This document shows positions 59,424 to 64,000 of a stretch of DNA of 64,000 nt, one piece after another (within the stretch, counting starts at the first letter, position 1; each line of letters opens with the position of its first letter). The stretch lies in sequence record OM718002.1; one strand, given 5' to 3'. Both the position numbers and the translations under genes were made by a program. The notes below the pieces were generated by a model. It searched no databases. It saw only the letters and a list, made by a program, of their open reading frames with translations, and was not told the DNA's origin.

Positions 59424-60431
59424 ATGTTTGAATTACTATTATCGCCAGATATAGGCGAAGAGTTACCCTTGGTTGGATTTAATGAAATTATTAAATTAGG
59501 TGATCTACCTGTGGCACTAGCTGGTACTATGTCATATGTGGATGGAAATACACTATATGTTGGATCTGGACATCATACTGAAGGACAAACAGCTGCAACT
59601 GTGTTCAGACGTTTTACCATATCGCCATTTGCCGATATAGGTGCAACTGCTTCTGGAACATTCTTACCAGGGGTATCTTTAGGATTTGGGACATTACATA
59701 AGAATAACTTTATTGTTTATGGCGGTATTACTGGATGGAACTCGGCTGGTAATGGTGGCACGGGAACATCTAACTTTATACAACATTTTGATATAGCTAC
59801 AGGCAATAGGGTTGAGCGATATAGTGGCCCCGTACCACTTTGGGGCACAGCCTCCGCATCAGATGGTAATGATCTTATTCTATGCGTTAACCCAATTGGC
59901 GTAAACGCAATGCGATTAAAACCATCAAGTAAGTCTTGGCTTAGCGGGCAAGACTACGCAGGTGGTGCTCGTTCAGGTCAACAGTTATTCTTTTATAATG
60001 GTTACTTTTACCATTTTGGTGGTTGGGATAATACAAAGAACATACCTAATCTTGAAGTTTATCGATATAATGCAACTACCTTAATATGGGAGCAAACACC
60101 TTGGATGATTATACCTGCTGATAAAGGAACAATCTGGCAAGGTAATGGTTATGTAGATGGGGACTATTTTAATTACCTTAACGCTGTTGATGTCGGCGGT
60201 GTAACTAAAATGTTTGCACAACGTTTTAATATTAGGCGCCGGAAATGGGCTGAGCCATTTGAACTAGGTATCGGATTCCTCAATATTTCATCTATCGCTA
60301 AAGGTCCGGATAATAGCATGATCATTGTAGGTGGATCTAAAATGCCAGTTGGTGGTGGAGCATACATGTTGAAAAGCCAATTGTTATCAGGTATCTATCA
60401 GGTAAAACTAGCACCATTAATCATTGATTAA
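59424..60431 (+). CDS. Kelch-type beta-propeller protein (probably virion/tail)
   Basis: Repeated YVGSG, VYGG, HFGG and IVGG blades; MFELLL N-terminus. Confidence 0.75.
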   Translation: MFELLLSPDIGEELPLVGFNEIIKLGDLPVALAGTMSYVDGNTLYVGSGHHTEGQTAATVFRRFTISPFADIGATASGTFLPGVSLGFGTLHKNNFIVYGGITGWNSAGNGGTGTSNFIQHFDIATGNRVERYSGPVPLWGTASASDGNDLILCVNPIGVNAMRLKPSSKSWLSGQDYAGGARSGQQLFFYNGYFYHFGGWDNTKNIPNLEVYRYNATTLIWEQTPWMIIPADKGTIWQGNGYVDGDYFNYLNAVDVGGVTKMFAQRFNIRRRKWAEPFELGIGFLNISSIAKGPDNSMIIVGGSKMPVGGGAYMLKSQLLSGIYQVKLAPLIID

Positions 60432-60483
60432 AATAATAATATTTATAACTATTTAGATAATTATACTGGCACGATGATATTAT

Positions 60484-60595
60484 GTAAGAGTACTATACTA
60501 AAGTATTCTTAAATCTATCCACTAAACACACTCGGTGGTAGAACTTATTATAGAGTGTGTCTAAATGCCAGGGGTTTGCCACCCCTGGCTATATT
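60484..60595 (+). ncRNA. Putative small structured RNA
   Basis: TAC-N14-TATG promoter, two hairpins, GC-rich terminal stem; no ORF. Confidence 0.5.
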
Positions 60596-60715
60596 CATTG
60601 TTACTATTATAAATTCATTTATAGATGAGAAAAGGTTTTATCACCTTTTCAAAATCGGCATTTGATTCTAGTTAAAAAACTGAATCTATGCTACATTGTA
60701 ATAAAGGAGTCTATT

Positions 60716-61228
60716 ATGACTAACTCTAATCCGTTTGTAAGAACTATTGTAAAGTACCAAGATATCCTAGATGCTTTAATTCAAAAAACGAATGAGAACT
60801 GGGTTAATTATCGATCTAATTCTATTGGCCATATTGTTATTCGTGAATACAGGACTGTTGGATTATTTGTAGGTCGGCAATGTGGTAGTACAACTGCATT
60901 GATTGAGTTTGCTAATCGTCATCCTGGCGAATGTCTAGCTGTATTTGTAGAAGATAAAATTAAACAGGCTGTACTGGCTAAGTTCCAGAATGCTAAAGAT
61001 AATATTGTTTCTTGTTTAATTACACACCAACTCCGTAAATATATTCATCAACCTGAAGAATCATCTATTCAAAAAGATATTAAAGAAGAATTAATATCGT
61101 CTGTAAAATATATTCTTGTTGACAATGCCTCATTTAATCTGAACCTACGCGGTATCACTGATAAAGAATTTAACCAGTGGGTTGCAGATACTTTTGGTAC
61201 AGAGGTAATGGTGGTTCGTTTTAGTTAG
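60716..61228 (+). CDS. Degenerate P-loop NTPase-fold protein
   Basis: SD AAGGAG; VGRQCGST (Walker A-like, no Lys); YILVDN (Walker B-like). Confidence 0.6.
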   Translation: MTNSNPFVRTIVKYQDILDALIQKTNENWVNYRSNSIGHIVIREYRTVGLFVGRQCGSTTALIEFANRHPGECLAVFVEDKIKQAVLAKFQNAKDNIVSCLITHQLRKYIHQPEESSIQKDIKEELISSVKYILVDNASFNLNLRGITDKEFNQWVADTFGTEVMVVRFS

Positions 61229-61293
61229 AATTAGTAACTTTGATAGTTTCTAATAAGATTAACTACACGTTATTTACATAATGTCATAACAAG

Positions 61294-61328
61294 AAATAAA
61301 TAATACTCAGATTGTAATAATATGTAGT
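61294..61328 (+). promoter_or_regulatory. TAC-N14-TATG promoter for tRNA-Asn
   Basis: 35-bp identity with the chmA upstream promoter. Confidence 0.7.
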
Positions 61329-61389
61329 TATTACATATCTATATTAGGTTGTCAGTAACTCATCTCTAATATAAAATCGCCATAATTCT

Positions 61390-61465
<76 letters not shown>

Positions 61466-61596
61466 ATTCATAGTTTTAGATTTAGTTATATTTCACCACT
61501 ATGTAAACTATAAAGGCAGCTAATGCTGCCTTTATGTCGTCTTGTAAAAGTACCCAATAGTTGAATCTTATAGCTGAATACAAATAGGGTAAAGAC

Positions 61597-61782
61597 ATGT
61601 CACTTAAAGCATTGCAAGATATAGTTAGTAGTGTTCCTACAAATGAACGAAAGGAACGATTAGTTAAAGTTCGGAAAACGATGGAAGAGCTAAATGAGTC
61701 TATTAAGAATCAGATTCGTAATAAACGACCTAGTCAAGCTCTTCTCAACAAAACGATAAACTGGGGTACTAAGTATGGCTAA
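61597..61782 (+). CDS. Small basic helical protein
   Basis: 61 aa; overlaps the next start. Confidence 0.55.
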   Translation: MSLKALQDIVSSVPTNERKERLVKVRKTMEELNESIKNQIRNKRPSQALLNKTINWGTKYG

Positions 61783-62065
61783 GACATTAGTTCGTGCAAA
61801 GCTGATTACTGAGGCTGGTCAATGGATGTCGTCTGACTGGGAACGTGGTTTCCGTGCATGTCGATTCGTGAAACTTGGTAATGTTCATATAAACATAAAA
61901 GACTTTGAGTCTATGATCACGACATTCGAAGTTGGTGATATGTTAGTGATTTGGCCAAATGGACTTAGAACTTCGTATAGTGTGGATAATTTCAATAAGT
62001 ACTTTTCCCATATCAAAGATGAATACTACGAGACTGATTTTCGTCTACTCTTTTACCCCAAGTAG
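61775..62065 (+). CDS. Hypothetical protein
   Basis: 96 aa. Confidence 0.65.
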   Translation: MAKTLVRAKLITEAGQWMSSDWERGFRACRFVKLGNVHINIKDFESMITTFEVGDMLVIWPNGLRTSYSVDNFNKYFSHIKDEYYETDFRLLFYPK

Positions 62066-62265
62066 TTGAGCTAGTGCATCTAGGTATTGTATCACTCACC
62101 TATCTAAATAACATATACCCTCCCGTAATGGGAGGGCTTTATGCTGTCATCTTATGAAGCTGTATTGCCATAGCGATTACAAAGTACGCATATGCGAAGT
62201 CATTTTAATGGCTTTGCATATGCCATTAACTATAAATTATAGTAATTTTTAGAAGAGGCATTTAA

Positions 62266-62424
62266 ATGTTTGAGGCGCTATTATTTACACCACTTGTTAA
62301 TTTAAAACCTATTGTGGACGCTATAGACATATATGAAGGTAGTTTACCACCATCAGCAAGTTTCCAGGTTATCGATTTAGATAATACTGTAACTGAACCA
62401 GAGGTTACATCGGATGATAATTGA
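62266..62424 (+). CDS. Small protein missed by the ORF track (52 aa, MFEALLFTPL...)
   Basis: SD GAGG; overlaps the next start by 11 nt. Confidence 0.55.
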   Translation: MFEALLFTPLVNLKPIVDAIDIYEGSLPPSASFQVIDLDNTVTEPEVTSDDN

Positions 62425-63388
62425 ACTTAAATGGCTTGATCCTAATAAAACAAAATATCATTCCACTGAAATATATCGAGCTAGTCATGAATTTGATAAT
62501 ATTGAAGATGCTGAATTAATTGCTACAGTAGGGCCAGGGATAACATCTTATCAGGATACGTCTGTAGAACATAAAAAAACATACTATTATCGTTTTAGAT
62601 TGATTTATGGATCACAAAAATTTGAAGCATCTGATATGTTCACATTTTCGGCTATCCCGTATACTGGACCTGGGCCGGCTATTTTCCAATTTGGGGATGA
62701 ACGTTTTGGTTATTTTGGAAAGTTTCCAATGGACCTGCCATCAATACCATCATTTAATATGATTCGTGGTGTATTTGGTTTAGAGCCAATTATAGGTAAC
62801 TATCTAGAAGTAACCGAACTCCATAAATTCGCAATAGGGGGTACTATCAGAGGTACTTTCCCATATCCATTGGCAATTGGGTCAGAACTACCAAGAAATA
62901 GTGAAATCATACAAACATTGATTAATGGTGGTGCACTTCCATTAACAATAGGTTTACATGATTGGAAAATAATAATACCTTCAGCCGAACATCATGATAA
63001 TCCAAATCACAATGTACAGCATTTCCCAGGTGAATTGCGATCAATGATGGCAGTTATTACAGAAATGTATGCTCGTGTTGAAGATGCTGAAACAGGCAAC
63101 AGAACTGGCGGTAGACTTACATTAAACAATGGTTTAAATATGTTCTACGATCCGTTAAGTACCAGATTTCCAGATACCGAAATAAAATATATAATTAGTT
63201 CAGATTGGACTGATAATGAGTGTACAGCTATTAATTGGACAAATAGAGATGCGACATACCCATTAAGGGCAAAAGAACTCCATACTGAAGTTGTTAATGT
63301 ATCTACAGATGACATATGGAATAGAATGCTTATTTGGCCAGTTCTAGTTTACACAGGTCTAACTAAACCGAAGGAAGTACAGCCGTGA
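62414..63388 (+). CDS. Virion structural protein with an N-terminal FN3-like domain
   Basis: LKW...EIYRA...SYQDT...YYYRFR, then the YTGPGP...GDERFGYFG family motif. Confidence 0.75.
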   Translation: MIIELKWLDPNKTKYHSTEIYRASHEFDNIEDAELIATVGPGITSYQDTSVEHKKTYYYRFRLIYGSQKFEASDMFTFSAIPYTGPGPAIFQFGDERFGYFGKFPMDLPSIPSFNMIRGVFGLEPIIGNYLEVTELHKFAIGGTIRGTFPYPLAIGSELPRNSEIIQTLINGGALPLTIGLHDWKIIIPSAEHHDNPNHNVQHFPGELRSMMAVITEMYARVEDAETGNRTGGRLTLNNGLNMFYDPLSTRFPDTEIKYIISSDWTDNECTAINWTNRDATYPLRAKELHTEVVNVSTDDIWNRMLIWPVLVYTGLTKPKEVQP

Positions 63389-64000
63389 GAATTGAATTGA
63401 CTGACTATAATTCAGATCCATCTACAACTATAAAGATTTATAGGCATTATTATCCATTTGACGTAGATAATTTGCCGCCCGTACTAGTTGAATTACCTGG
63501 CGATACAAGTAGCTATACTGATGAGACCCTTATTCTCAATGCCATGGTTTATTACAGGATATCAGTTGTACATAATGGCAATGAGGTAGTTGGTCCTTTG
63601 TATACCACAATGAAACGGTACTACACTGGACCACAGATAAACAAAGATAGACCTGACCAGATTCTTCGTGGAGACAACTATATTGGTCGTTATGGAACCC
63701 TTCCCTTAGACACAGTGTTATCGTTGAATGTAGCGAAACAGCTAGTGCCGTCATGTACAGTTATCGATGGGATCGTTCCTGAGATGATTGAGGTAGAAAA
63801 ATGTAGTTATCACGGGAACGTGTTGTTCATTTCTACCGTCCCGGTTTTCCATGGTAGTCCAGAAGATCTATATAACGACGGAGCATTGTTGTCGCATGGC
63901 GATGGTTCTGGCATTTTGAGTTCGACCTTATACGATTCCATCGCAACTAAAGTCAACCAGGGTAAACCAATAACCTATAATAACTACTCATTCAAGTTTA
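63385..64000 (+). CDS. Paralogous FN3-like virion protein (partial, GTG start)
   Basis: GTGA overlap; IKIYRH...SYTDE...VYYRI...YTGP...GDNYIGRYG; open to the window end. Confidence 0.75.
   Translation, partial: MRIELTDYNSDPSTTIKIYRHYYPFDVDNLPPVLVELPGDTSSYTDETLILNAMVYYRISVVHNGNEVVGPLYTTMKRYYTGPQINKDRPDQILRGDNYIGRYGTLPLDTVLSLNVAKQLVPSCTVIDGIVPEMIEVEKCSYHGNVLFISTVPVFHGSPEDLYNDGALLSHGDGSGILSSTLYDSIATKVNQGKPITYNNYSFKF

Overview
This window is a 64-kb segment of a phiKZ-like (Phikzvirus / Chimalliviridae) nucleus-forming Pseudomonas jumbo phage, in reverse orientation to the usual phiKZ map. All phiKZ gp numbers are from recalled sequence or gene order, not from a database search. From left to right it holds: a non-virion RNA polymerase beta'-like gene split by two group I introns (one carrying a NUMOD4-HNH homing endonuclease); chimallin (chmA); a split family-B DNA polymerase; a tandem block of small core ORFs; a CX5R phosphatase; PhuZ tubulin; the RNase E inhibitor Dip; tail tube, tail sheath, baseplate-type genes and the large terminase; an accessory early region of about 12 kb; DHFR; nrdA/nrdB; a processed head protein; a cluster of 6 tRNAs plus one tRNA fragment; and FN3/Kelch-type virion genes. 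The most unusual signals are non-coding: (i) a ~325-nt multi-helix RNA between chmA and the RNAP gene; (ii) promoter- and terminator-bounded small RNAs in the tRNA cluster, one with two C-rich loops; (iii) a tRNA-Asn(GUU) with a Tyr-like class II body, sitting directly behind a 34-bp duplicate of the canonical tRNA-Asn that breaks off at the anticodon loop; (iv) a recurring TAC-N14-TATG promoter architecture, including a 35-bp exact copy shared by chmA and tRNA-Asn. No CRISPR array was seen.
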